Assembly (NCBI RefSeq): GCF_002113885.1 | Contig: NW_018406433.1 | Coordinates: 50,215-114,214 of the forward strand | Reading direction: 5' to 3' | DNA: 64,000 nt | Source: Mizuhopecten yessoensis | Taxonomy: Eukaryota | Shown here: in pieces, positions 1-11,741 of the stretch | Layout of the letters: each line of letters opens with the position of its first letter | Position numbering within the stretch: position 1 is the first letter of the stretch | Notes under the pieces: model-generated | Told to the model about the DNA's origin: nothing | What the model saw: the letters and a program-made list of their open reading frames with translations, nothing else | The model's database searches: none | Program-made: the position numbers and the translations under genes

Positions 1-183
1 GCTATTTTGCTACTAAGTTCTAATAGGCCGATCTCACTTAAAATTGGTCTAGGAATGATCAGCTCATGGTCCTGACAAAGTTAAGTTAACATTATACTAT
101 TTTTTACTCAAATTGGTACATATTTCAACAACAAAAATAAATACTGTAGACTCAGGTGACCGTTTAGGCCCATGGGCCTCTTG
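1..183 (+). mobile_element. 3' end of a Helentron-associated non-autonomous element (HINE), family B
   Basis: Near-identical to 5740-5918. Ends with the subterminal CAGGTGACC, the hairpin AGGCCC-AT-GGGCCT and CTTGTT. Confidence 0.75.
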
Positions 184-343
184 TTTTACAGTATCAGTAA
201 CACTATTTTTCGTGTTTTTATCAACTCAACTTGACACTTGTCTAGATAGAAATGTCTCCTGACTGATGGACAAAGCTTGATTGTTTTCTAGGCACATTTA
301 TATAATTGAAATATTACTCTATCATTTATTTATTTTTCAACAG

Positions 344-436
344 CACAATGTAGAAGACAGGATAACAGTGGCAGCTCTCCAGGAAAAACTTGCTCATCTT
401 AATCAGTCTACAGTCTCAACTTTGTCTTCTCCATAA
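344..436 (+). CDS. Possible terminal coding exon of an upstream gene of unknown identity (HNVEDRITVAALQEKLAHLNQSTVSTLSSP*)
   Basis: Strong acceptor (ttatttttcaacag at 343), open phase-0 frame to TAA at 434-436, then AT-rich UTR-like sequence with AATAAA near 1270. No recognisable motif. Confidence 0.35.
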   Translation, partial: HNVEDRITVAALQEKLAHLNQSTVSTLSSP

Positions 437-2295
437 TAACTCATACTGACCAGTTCTAGTGTTTGACATACCCTCAGTTACTTCTGCGCATGAGAGACAT
501 CTGCAGAACACAGCTTGAACATATGAAGCCATCCGAAGAAAATGTGCCATAATAACTTGATCAAAATGTTTTTTTAAATACTTATATCTATTGTTCTTAA
601 GTGCTTTTAGATAAATTGCAATTATATGTTGTCTGAATTGATATGTGTATTTAACTGATGTTAATATTATAGTATAAATGGCATTTATATTTTATCATGT
701 TGATGGTTCCCTGTCTTACTACAACATGGAATGCTTTTGTAAATCAACGCATTTAGCTGTATACTGCATGTCCAGTATGGATCTGTTATAGAACTAATGT
801 CCAGATAATTAGTAGTGTTTGATTGTACCGGTCAAATCTAGTATCTGGGCTCAAGTGTCACGATCGCTAAACCTTTTTTCTAGTGCTTAAGATCTCATAA
901 TCTTATGAAAATCTCACACTTTTATGCACTTCTTGAAAATCGTGATTCAATATCTAGTCACCAGAAATTCGGGCAATGTGAGAGGCAACGAAGACAATGA
1001 TAATGGGCTAGTTATCCCATGTCAGTCACTATACCTGCTGGTCGATCAGGCATATGAGGGACTTGCTACCTGGACACTAACGATAAATAAGTGCCAGGGC
1101 AAGAGTAAGACAATTAAACTTACCTGTCACTGTCAGCTGTTGAGGTAATACACAACATCCTCGTGTTATAGACTAACACCCGATACTGTCAATAACTGTC
1201 ACAATCATTTATTCTTGTTAATTAGAAACATTAGGTATAGGCCTATATTCACACTGCCAACATATGTTGAATAAATAATATTATGGTTTATAATTAACAT
1301 TAAACGTTAAAAAAAAATCAAACATACCCACTTTTTTATCAATCAAAATAATTTGGGTGCATTTCAAATGTCAAAATTGTTAAAATTGCACAAGCAATCA
1401 CACTTTTGAAAGATAGGTGTGTCTTTTAATCAGTCTAGGTGCAAAATCTTGACACAATTTCTGAAAAGTTATGCAAAGATGGTGTCAAAATATTTGATTT
1501 TTGGAGTGCTTATCCAACAAATTTGTCTTCAGGTCAGGGTGAAAAAGGTATGCTTGTTACATGATGATGTTTTATTGATCGACTCCTGAGTATTTTAACA
1601 TGCTGTCTTATTCAACATAATGATGGAATCCCATTTTTGTCATGAAAACTACCTTAAACCTGTGTCTTCCGACAATATCTCAAATGATGGGAACCCATTT
1701 CTTGCATGAATATTACCAAATAACACGTATTCTGACATGCTGTCTTATCTGACCAGCATGTGCTGTACCACAGGATGTCAGATTGGACAGGTTCCACTGT
1801 ATATTGAAATCTTATCTGAGACTGTCCCATAATTATGTGGTATAGAAATATGTTGTAGTGTTCAGAGAAATATTGTCTGTTGCACATTTACTGGTTAATG
1901 ACTTTTGACTCATATCCTGATTATGTGGCAAAGATATGCGTTGTGTTGTACAGAGAAATGTCTGTCACATAGTTATACGACTCGTACCTTGATTATGTGG
2001 TAGAGATATATGTACAGAGAAATATTTCTATTACCTGGGTATATAATGATGACTTTTGACTCTTACCTTGATTATGTGGTAGAGATATATGTACAGAGAA
2101 ATATTGTCTATTACCTGGGTATTATGATTATGTGGTAGAGATATATGTACAGAGAAATATTGTCTATTACCTGGGTATAAAACAGAGAAATATTGTCTGT
2201 TATGTAATTATGTGATATTATAATGTACATACATATGGTGCTTGTTGTTGTGTATTTTTTTTAACATTGGTTAACATGATGAACTCTGATTGGTC

Positions 2296-2842
2296 AGAAC
2301 CCTGTGAATCCCTGTGTGTTGTTTTCAGTTTATAACCCTTTGAATCCCCGTGTGTTGTCCTTGGGTATAACACTGAGCCTTTGTGTGTGTTGTCCTTGGG
2401 TGTAACACTGAACCTTTGTGTGTGTTGTCCTTGGGTATAACACTGAGCCTTTGTGTGTGTTGTCCTTGGGTATAACACTGATCTTTTGTGTGTGTTGTCC
2501 TTGGGTATAACACTGAGACTTTGTGTGTGTTGTCCTTGGGTATAACACTGATCTTTTGTGTGTGTTGTCCTTGGGTATAACACTGAGCCTTTGTGTGTGT
2601 TGTCCTTGGGTAAAACACTGATCCTGTAAATCCATGTGTGTTGTCCTGGGTTTATAACCCTGAAAATCCCTGTGTGTTGTCCTGGGTTTATAACCCTGTA
2701 AATCCCTGTGTGATGTCCTGGGTTTATAACCCTGTAAATCCCTTTGTGTTGTCCTGGGTTTATAACCCTGTAAATCCCTGTGTGTTGTCCTTGGGTATAA
2801 CCCTGTAACGCCCTGTGTGTTGTCTTTAGGTGATAACCCTAT
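2296..2842. repeat. Minisatellite with 39-bp units grading into 36-bp units (tgtgtgttgtccttgggtataacactga...)
   Basis: Direct tandem repeats. Explains the repetitive ORFs at 2218-2917. Confidence 0.9.
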
Positions 2843-2865
2843 AAGTTCCGGCTTGTTCTTGGTTT

Positions 2866-4789
2866 TTAGCTCACCTGGTCCAAAGGACAATGGTGAGCTT
2901 ATGCCATACCGCAGCATCCGTCGTCCGTCGTCAACTTTTCCTTTAAAACACTACTAGTCCTGATCATGAACAGCCAAGTAGATTTTGACTAAATTTGGTC
3001 TGGAGCATCCTTAGGCCAAGGGGACTCAATTTTGTATAAACGGTGGGTGTGGCCCCCCTGGGGGCAGAGGGGCGGGGCCCAATAGAGGAAATAGAGGTAA
3101 AAACCTTTAAATTCCTTCTTCTACCGTAGGAATAAAAAGATTTGGTCCATATTTGGTCTGGAACATCCTTGGGGGAAGGGGAACAAATTTTGTATAAATG
3201 ATGGGTCTGGCCCCCCTGGGGGCTGAGGGGAGGGGCCCGATAGGGGAAATATAGCAAATTCTTTAAAATCCTTCTTCTGTAGGAATGAAAGGATTTGTTC
3301 CATATTTGGTCTGAAGCATCCTTGGGTGAAGGGTAAACAATTTTGTATAAACCGTGGGTCTGGCCCCCTGGGGGCTGAGGAGCGGGGCCCGATAGGGGAA
3401 ATATAGCAAATTCTTTAAAATCCTTCTTATTCTGTAGGAATGAAAGGATTTGTTCCATATTTGGTCTAGAGCATCCTTGGGGGAAGGGGAACACATTTTG
3501 TATAAATGATGGGTCTGGCCCCCCTGGGGGCTGAGGGGTGGGGCCCAATAGGGGAAATATAGCAAATTCTTTAAAATCCTTCTTCTTGTGTAGGAATGAA
3601 AGGATTTGTTCCATATTTGGACTGGACCATCCTTGGGTGAGGGGGAACCAATTTTGTATAAACGGTGGGTCTAGCCCCCTAGGGGCCTGAGGGGCAGGGC
3701 CCAATAGGGGAAACATAGCAAATTATTCTTTAAAATCCTTCTTCTTGTGTAGGAATGAAAGGATTTGTTCCATATTTGGTGTGGAGCTTCCTTGGGCCAA
3801 GGGGACTCAATTTTGTATAAACAGGGGGTCTGGCCCCCCCTGAGGGCTGAGGGGTGGGGCCTGATAGGGGAAATAAAGCAAATTCTTTAAAATCCTTCTT
3901 ATTCTGTAGGAATGAAAGGATTTGGTCCATATTGGGTCTGAAGCATTCTTGGGTGAAGGGGAACCAATTTTGTATAAGCGGTGGGTCTGGCCCCCCTGGG
4001 GGCTGAGGGGAGGGGCCCGATAGTGGAAATATAGCAAATTCTTTAAAATCCTTCTTCTGTAGGAATGAAAGGATTTGTTCCATATTTGGTCTGAAGCATC
4101 CTTGGGTGAAGGGTAAACAATTTTGTTTAAACGGTGGGTCTGGCCCCCTAGGGGCCTGAGGGGTGGGGCCCAATAGGGGAAACATAGCAAATTGTTCTTT
4201 AAAATCCTTCTTCTGTAGGAATGAAAGGATTTGGTCCATATTTGGTCTGAAGCATTCTTGGGTGAAGGGGAACCAGTTTTGTGTAAACAGTGGGTGTGGC
4301 CCCCCAGGGACCTGAGGGTCGGGGCCCAATAGGAGAAATAGAGGTAAAACCTTTAAAATCCTTAGGGATTAAGGGATTTCATCCTAGTTTAGTCTGGAGC
4401 ATCCCTGGGCCAAGGGAACTCAATTTTGTATAAGCAGTGGGTGTGGTCTCCCAGGGGGCAGAAGGACAGGGCCCAATAGGAGAAATAGAGGTAAAATCTT
4501 TAAAATCCTTCTTCGACCATCAGGATTAAGGGATTGTATCCTTATTTAGTCTGGAGCATCCTTGGGCCAAGGGGTCTCAATTTCATATAATTGTGGGTAT
4601 GACCCCCCTAGGGGCATACGGGTGGGGCTCTGTTTGAAGTTTGTTCTCGCTATATCTCAAGTACTGGATGGATCTTTCTGAAATTTCATATGTACTTACA
4701 GCACCTACCATGGAGTGCTATATATTTACTTCATACCAATTATTTTAAACATATTCAGGTGAGCGATACAGGCCCTCTGGGCCTCTTGT
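2866..4789 (+). mobile_element. HINE / Pearl-like Helentron-associated element, family A, with an internal ~180-bp tandem array
   Basis: 5' TTAGCTCACCTG followed by a (CCGT)-type microsatellite; about 9 internal ~180-bp units; 3' inverted subterminal CAGGTGAGC, hairpin AGGCCC-TCT-GGGCCT and CTTGTT; T-rich flanks. Confidence 0.8.
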
Positions 4790-5918
4790 TAGGTCACCTG
4801 AGCTTTAGCTCAAGTGACCCATTGCTATCCGTCGTCCGTTAACATTTTACATTTTCAACTTTAGCTGAAATACGGGCAAAGGGATTTCATTAATATTTCC
4901 TGGGAAGGTTACTGACATCTCCCTGACGAAGTGTTGTTATTTTTTTCGGGTCGATCAGAAATCCAATATGGCCCCTACGGCCGCTATTTTGAAAAACTAT
5001 TTCAAACTTAAAGTCAAGTTCTGCTTGGCCGATTGAACTGAAACTTGGTAGGAATGATTGACTCATGGTCCTGACAAAGTGTTGTTATTTTTCGGGTCAA
5101 TCACAAATCCAATATTGCCGCCACGGCCGCCATTTTTAAAAACTATTTCAAACTTAAAGGCAAGTTCTGCTAGGTTGATTGAACTGAAACTTTGTAGGAA
5201 TGATCGACTCATGGTCCTGACAAAGTGTTCTCATTTTTCGGGTCAATCACAAATCCAATATTGCCGCCACGGCCGCCATTTTTAAAAACTATTTCAAACT
5301 TAAAGTCAAGTTCTGCTAGGTTGATTGAACTGAAACTTTGTAGGAATGATCGACTCCTGACAAAGTGTTGTTATTTTGTGGGTCTATCAGAAATTCAATA
5401 TGGCTGACACGGTCGCCATTTTGAAAAAACTATTTCAAGCTTAAAGTCAAGTTCTAATGGGCCGATTAAACTGAAACTTTGTAGGAATGATCGACTCATG
5501 GTACTGACAAAGTGTTGTTATTTTGTGGGTCTATCAGAAATTCAATATGGCTGACACGGCTGCCATTTTGAAAAACAATTTCAAACTTAAAAGTCAAGTT
5601 CTGCTAGGCCGATTGAACTGAAACTTTGTAGGAATGATCGACTCCTGGTCCTGACAAAGTTTTGTTATTTTTCGGGTCGATCAGAAAAACAATTTGGCTG
5701 CCATGGCCACTATTTTGAAAATACCTATTTCATACTTAAAAACGAGTTCTAATAGGCCGATCTAACTGAATATCGGTCTAGGAAAGATCAGCTCATGGTC
5801 CTGACAAACTTAAGTTAACGTTATACTTCACAATTTTTTACTCAAATTGGTACATATTTCAACAACAAAAATAAATACTGTAGGACTTAGGTGACCGTTA
5901 AGGCCCATGGGCCTATTG
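4790..5918 (+). mobile_element. HINE, family B, with an internal ~120-bp tandem array, abutting the family A element
   Basis: 5' TAGGTCACCTG, short hairpin and ccgtcgtccgt; about 7 internal ~120-bp units; 3' AGGTGACC and AGGCCCATGGGCCT. Same family as 1-183 and 43765-44318. Confidence 0.8.
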
Positions 5919-6128
5919 CTAACCATATAAATCCCTATTTATTCTCTTTGTTTGATGCTGATATCACCAAATAAATCGTGGTGTATTCTTACATTAAATA
6001 TTAAAACAATGTCAGTGTAATACAAGCTTGTTATAGCATCATGTCTCCTGTTTTTGTCCCTGTTACCAGACATTTAGTCCCTGTTACCATACTGTTTTAC
6101 ATGAAATATATCTCTTGTCTTGGTACAG

Positions 6129-6773
6129 TTACCGTACAGTAGTGTTTGGGATCTTGGTGAAATGAATCGTGAGATTTAGCGCTTTGGTGCCAGATCTAGT
6201 TTTGGATACATCAGGTGATTCCAATAACTGCATAAGTGTCTTTAAGGCCATGTCTTTTTCTAGTGTATTCACTTGTAATCTTCCCTGGGCGAAATAGCCC
6301 TTCCTTAAGCCCCGCACTGCCTGGCACACTTCTGGAGGGATGCTGAACGCACAGCAGTTATGTAGTATGCAGATGGCCACAGCTAGGTCTGAGGTATACA
6401 GGGGTTTGCCCATCCACCAGACCGGTCCATACACCTTGACCATCTCGTTCACACGCTCCGGCCACTCAGAGGAGTCAAACTTGTTCCATTGTATCTTATC
6501 CTCCTGGAGGCTGTATCTGTGGTGTCTCATGATCTGATTACGCCATTCCGTACAGGTAGGGCACCACTGTGACAGGGACCCAGTACGTTTGCTGCAGCTG
6601 TCACTACACTTTTCCAGCCCTGCACAGGGGCCTTGCTTGATGCTACAGTGAAGATGTGTCAAGGTGTCTTTCAAACAATCCACCATTCCATGGGTAGTCG
6701 TAGAAATACCCAACGCCACCTGGTGCCAGTTCTGGAACTTACTTTCCTGTGACTGCTCTCTTTGTGGTTGCAT
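6129..6773 (-). CDS. CXorf38/DUF4559-like (HEPN-like) protein, 214 aa
   Basis: Ordered motif matches to CXorf38 as I recall it: FQNWHQV~YKNWVKA; CPTCTEWRNQIMRHH~CQVCAEWKREILRHH; IQWNKFDSSEWP~VHWGNCRPGRWP; DLAVAICILHNCCAF~DAVALLSLINSCDHF; VRGLRKGYFAQ~VIKCRNEIMH. An acceptor (ttgcag) lies 5 nt before the ATG and a minus-strand AATAAA lies near 5940. Confidence 0.75.
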   Translation of the reverse strand: MQPQREQSQESKFQNWHQVALGISTTTHGMVDCLKDTLTHLHCSIKQGPCAGLEKCSDSCSKRTGSLSQWCPTCTEWRNQIMRHHRYSLQEDKIQWNKFDSSEWPERVNEMVKVYGPVWWMGKPLYTSDLAVAICILHNCCAFSIPPEVCQAVRGLRKGYFAQGRLQVNTLEKDMALKTLMQLLESPDVSKTRSGTKALNLTIHFTKIPNTTVR

Positions 6774-8649
6774 CTTAACTGCAAATTGGTGATAAAAAAT
6801 GTTAATAATGGATCATGGTGGTGATAAGGGTACTACACAGGTACATAATACAGGGGACCAAAAGCTAACCATACACAGTATATCATATGCTCTTCATAAT
6901 TTTTGCAAAACAAAAACTGTGTGTAATAAGTAAATGAACTTCAGATCTTTACATCATCTTCGTAGATACTGTGCCATATCTGATCTTCATCCTCTACCTT
7001 ATTACGAGGACGACCGCAACAGTGGCACACAACACTCCCTTTAAGTGTGGATACACTATCAATGAAGTTTGATCAGAAGCTTGAGTCGTCATGCTCCGGA
7101 CAAGCACTACAATGACATTTGACCCCTGACCTGAGTAATTGAACCGAGAAAGCTGCAATGAGTTATGCTCCTGAAAGTCGTTACATTGGTTTGATCTTTG
7201 AACCTTTGGCGAAGCTCTGATCTTGAGGACACTTAACTGTATTTGTAAATTGCATTAGACAAACCGCCTAATCATGACAAAAACTTTTGTTAAATAGGAA
7301 AAAAATCTACCGGTTAAGATGTTTCAGTCCGGACAAGAGAAAAAATAATGGACGGATCACACCACACATTTAAAAAGATACTTAATGCAAGTGTATTGCG
7401 AACCTCCTACTTTCGGGTTCCATGGTACATTAGAGAACATGACTGTGACCTTGACCTTGAGATTGGGAAATTGAGGTGAGGTTTTCCATCCTGATTGGGA
7501 CATTGGAGTAAAGTTTACCATCCTGATTGGGACACTGACCATCACTACCTTACAACGGCAGACACAATAAACTAACAATGAATCTCATTAGATGTGATTT
7601 TAATGACTCGTAACGTGTATCCTTCCCTCTTATAGTGACATTGTGGTATGGCACATTGTCTGATGGGCACGTTTTACTGTAAATATATACAGCATTCCAA
7701 AGTAATTGACTGTGAATATGTTACTAAATAACAAAAATACACGTTTCCACATTCATATGTCAATACATGTATCTATATATGTGTCGAATTTATTGATTTC
7801 TGTCCCCATATCACTATGTCATTTTACTCCCATTATACACCACCACTTACGTCGTCTATCCTTTAATGTCCTGCAATTCAAAAAAGGTTAGTCATTACTT
7901 ATTTACATTGAGGAAAAGAAATTAATATCGTATTCGTCACATCTTGTGTATACATTGCTAGGTTACGTCACGGAATTAGATTATCTAAGTCCGTGGTTAT
8001 GTGTAGACACAAAGTAGCATGGATTCAACATACCTTAACGTTAACCCGGCTGTATGCAGCCTCTAGTGTCCAGTCGACTGTCCCGACTGATTACCAAGCG
8101 TAGTCGGGTTCTGAAAACGAGTTACCAACTGTAAAAACAAATATTTGATCGAAGGGATTTGTGTAATTTAATACGAGAATATTATACCCATATTCATTTA
8201 TTGAATAGTTCTACGTCCAATTTAGTCGGGTCTGTGCTTATAATGACGATATACACACCCCTGTGTGTTTGGTTACATGTATATCAAGGAACAATGGCCC
8301 CAGATAGGTCTGGCACTCCATTATCTTCACGTGTGTGACAGGAGGTCAGAAATCAAATACACATTGGCAGACCGTGCACAATATATACCTACAGGTACAT
8401 CGTAGCGTATCAGTTAATCAACCTATTGGATAAATCAAATTCAAATATCCCTGGCCTGCTTGGTAGTCAGTGTAGTACAGCTCACAGCAAACATATAAAT
8501 CACATTACAGATTTCCCATGAGACCTTTCCAGCTCTGTTGATCACAAACTGTTTCTTCTCTTGTGACAGGGACAAATAATTCAAGTTGTTGAACGAACCA
8601 ACAATTATTATATATGGGATGTTAACCACATACATGTGATAGATTCACG

Positions 8650-10720
8650 AACGAAAGATGAGATATGTAACAAGTCGGGCATAGGTATTCAAACACTCCA
8701 CAGGTGTAAGAGAAGATATCGCCCGTGACGTGTGTCGTAAACAGACATATAACCATACAAAAACAATCGTTTATTGGTAAAGTGACAAAATACACAGGTT
8801 ATCAAGCTTATGTTTTCACCTTGAAGGCCACAACTTTGACAAGCGACCCGTATCCAGGTGAAACGCCAATCCACAAACAGGTTTGTCATATCCTGCTTCT
8901 CCGCAAACTGGGTGCGGCAGGTAAAGAGTCGTCTAATATCTTCTTTAATGACCCGATGTACGATGCGTTTGGTACAGGCGATACATTATCCTTATGTCAA
9001 AGTCTACTGGTGGCATGGCTTATATTAGGTCGGTAGTACATCAAAAAGGAAGGAAACATACAGTGGCATCATTCCTCGTCGTATTGTACGCAAACCAAAG
9101 GCACTACTTGAACCTGTCTTTTGTGAATCATCCAATGCCTTGAGTATGTTGGAAAGTGTACGGATAAATCATTCACGCTTTTCTTCCCATTGAGGAGGAC
9201 ATAGAATTCTTTCATTGGGATAAGTCTAAAAGTTCTTATCAAGAGAACTTTCATCAGACGGCATTTTAATTTTAGATATTTGATACGAATGAACGTAGTG
9301 ATCACAGCAGACGACAAAGTTGTTGAAGAAAGCTTCTGTTTGGTGTTCTGGCTGTCTGAGTGCGGGTTGGAACTGCGCATATCCGTTGTTGAAAACCCGC
9401 ACACGCCAAGTCGAGCGGTTGGGTAGTTGATATAGGCACTAAATGGTCTTACCCATTCGTGGCAGACTCCCGGCGCATGACATGATGATTACCGTGTAAT
9501 CCTCTTTCCCACACATGCTATCATGGTTGGCCAATAGGAACTGGTCTGACAATAGTGACTACTAGAGCTTCCCCTACCTGAGGCTATGGCAGAGCAATGT
9601 CAACCCAACGGGTGATATTCTTGACTATCTAACCCGAGGCTTACAAATGTGCTACTACTTCAAGTTCAGCACTTAATTGTTAGGACATAAGTCAGAGGAT
9701 TGTTGTCGGTCAATACGGAAAACTGGGATTGTACAAGTAATCGTTGTATGTGATGGACCGTTTCAAGGGAATTTAGTCTGTACATCTGGTGATGGAAACA
9801 TCTTCTCCAATTCCTTCAACTTACTGAAGTCCGCCCTTTCCTTCCCCCAGCTTCAGCCCCTTCCAATATGTCCCTTCTTTTTCTTTTCCATTGTCATGAT
9901 GTCAGTTAAGGTTGTGCAATCTTGGAGAAGTTTGATGAGTATCATGTAGTACCCGGGAAGCCGAATACAACTCTCTTGAACATTTTACAGACTTGTAACA
10001 CCATTGGCAATCTCCACTTTCTCGAGACCATCAACCAATACTCTCTGCGGTTACAATGATTCCAAATTAATTCGCACGTTGGTAAAACAACGAACTTTTC
10101 CTTGGAGACAACTATGTAGCATGGGTATGTAGAAATTCTCCTAGTGCTCTTCAAAGAGAAGAGAAGAAGATGAAACTGCGCCAAAAAAACTACGCCATCG
10201 AGGACTGGTAGGTTGCAGGGGTATTAGCAAAGTCAAATCACATCCGATTGAAATAATAAAAAAAACCGGGGTGCTTACAGTCAAAATGCAGTTCTTCCTT
10301 GTACTCTGACTGGACGTCCACCCCATGGTGGCCGCTATTTATAAACAAACCTGCAAAATGGGCTGTATTAGATGACAAGACGGAAGTTCTTTAGCCGTAG
10401 TGAAGCGTAAGAATAAATTATGCGTGTCTTCTGAGTTGACAAAAGTCAATGTACATCCGTAATTTAGGGCCTTTTTTCGGGACAACTCCTAATGCCCTAG
10501 GGCAATGCGATTCCCTTCCGATCTGCTAGTCAACAACTGTTGGAGATTCACATGTACCTGTTGAGTAATTCCAAGAGGTAACCACCGATGGAGTTGCTTA
10601 AATGGTCTTGTGTCATCCAATTCAGTCCTTTGGCAAAAGTCTACGGTGTGTCTTAGTAAAAAGCCCCGTTGGAGACCATATCTGATACTTCTATATAATT
10701 ATTTTCTCGAACAAGAAGAA
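8650..10720 (-). mobile_element. Highly decayed Ty3/Gypsy LTR-retrotransposon pol relic (RT, RNase H, integrase)
   Basis: Broken minus-strand frames give motifs in pol order: ELDDTRPFKQLHRWLP...LQQLL; VVPKKGPKLRMYIDFCQL (RT); FSKIAQP; FSVLTDNNPLTYVLT (RNase H); SYWPTM; PLVPISTTQPLDL and RYAQ...EAFFNNFVV (integrase). Many stops and frameshifts; boundaries approximate. Confidence 0.8.
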
Positions 10721-10824
10721 CGTCACTTAACACTGGGGAGAATGTCACATAACCGTTTTGTCGCTTGATACTAATTCAGCCAGGTGGAAATTTTTCTTTA
10801 GCCCAATGTGATGTAATCCCCGGT

Positions 10825-10978
10825 AGAGGACATGGGAATTTGGTACAGCTACTCTTTTTTTTTTATCTAAACTAAGGTGTTCAGAGTAATATTAAATGTT
10901 TTAGATCGACTTTCGGTAAAAATGACACCCCCAATGATAATATATAATATAGCTGTAACAAAATCCTAGGTCCCTGTG
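10825..10978. mobile_element. Degenerate, internally deleted copy of the long-TIR MITE at 35748-35957
   Basis: Shares ctaaactaaggtgttcagagtaat and the terminal aggtccctgtg. Confidence 0.55.
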
Positions 10979-11385
10979 GGCAAAGGCACCTAGAAAAAGT
11001 GACATTCGTAAAACAAAAAGGTACGTACATTTCTTTGCAATGGCGGATCCGTGCATGTGATTTCACGGACATAGCCCGCATATGAAACATTTATTTTTCT
11101 CATTTTAACCCCCAGAGCAGATCCTGAACCTTGATTAAAAACCCGTTCTTTTTATCTAAATGGCCTTCGTGGTTTAAAATAAACTTTGATCTAGCATTAC
11201 ACTAATAGGGAAACGGGGAATTGAAATATTAGAGATTTCACATTAAAATATTATATGATGGTTGAAAATGCTATATATTTACGAAAGTAGGATGATGGAT
11301 AATATAGATATGTACGAGCATAACTCACTGCTATCCTCACCAAGGGCGGACATATGGTTAACTGTATGTTTAGCTTCTGTAAGTG

Positions 11386-11584
11386 TAGTGATGGATCCAG
11401 AGACCTTTCTGGGGGTTTCCATGTGGGGAAAAAATGATGAAAATGGTGAAAATACGGTGTGATTTTTAAAGAAAATTTTCAGGGTGGGGCGGACCCAGAG
11501 GTGTTTTTTTATGGGGGGGGGGGGGGGGCTTCAAGACCCCCTCCGGATCTTGAAGCCCCCAAAAAACCTATGGATCCGCTACTG
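11386..11584. mobile_element. Short TIR MITE (hAT-like ends, (C/T)AGTG..GGATCC) immediately upstream of the GH3 gene
   Basis: Imperfect inverted ends tagtgatggatccag...ctggggg and ccccc...atggatccgctactg; G-rich interior. Confidence 0.5.
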
Positions 11585-11644
11585 ATAATCTCTATATGAA
11601 GTATGCAACGAAAAAGTTATTATTTGGTATCTATTCTATAACTT

Positions 11645-11741
11645 AACTTCCGGTAGTACTGATGTACGACTCGGCTCCCGACAGGGTACGCTATCACGTG
11701 GTGTTTATGTCATGTGACTTTAAGTCAGAACAAAATGGCGG
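11645..11741 (+). promoter_or_regulatory. Proximal promoter / 5' region of the GH3 gene: ETS site, two E-boxes (CLEAR/M-box-like), YY1-like start context
   Basis: ACTTCCGG (~11647), TCACGTG (11694-11700), GTCATGTGAC (11709-11718), and AAAATGGCGG over the ATG; local CpG enrichment. Confidence 0.45.

Noticed and set aside
2964-4329. Pro/Gly-rich collagen-like ORFs
   Set aside because: Translations of the ~180-bp internal repeats of a HINE; frames break between units.
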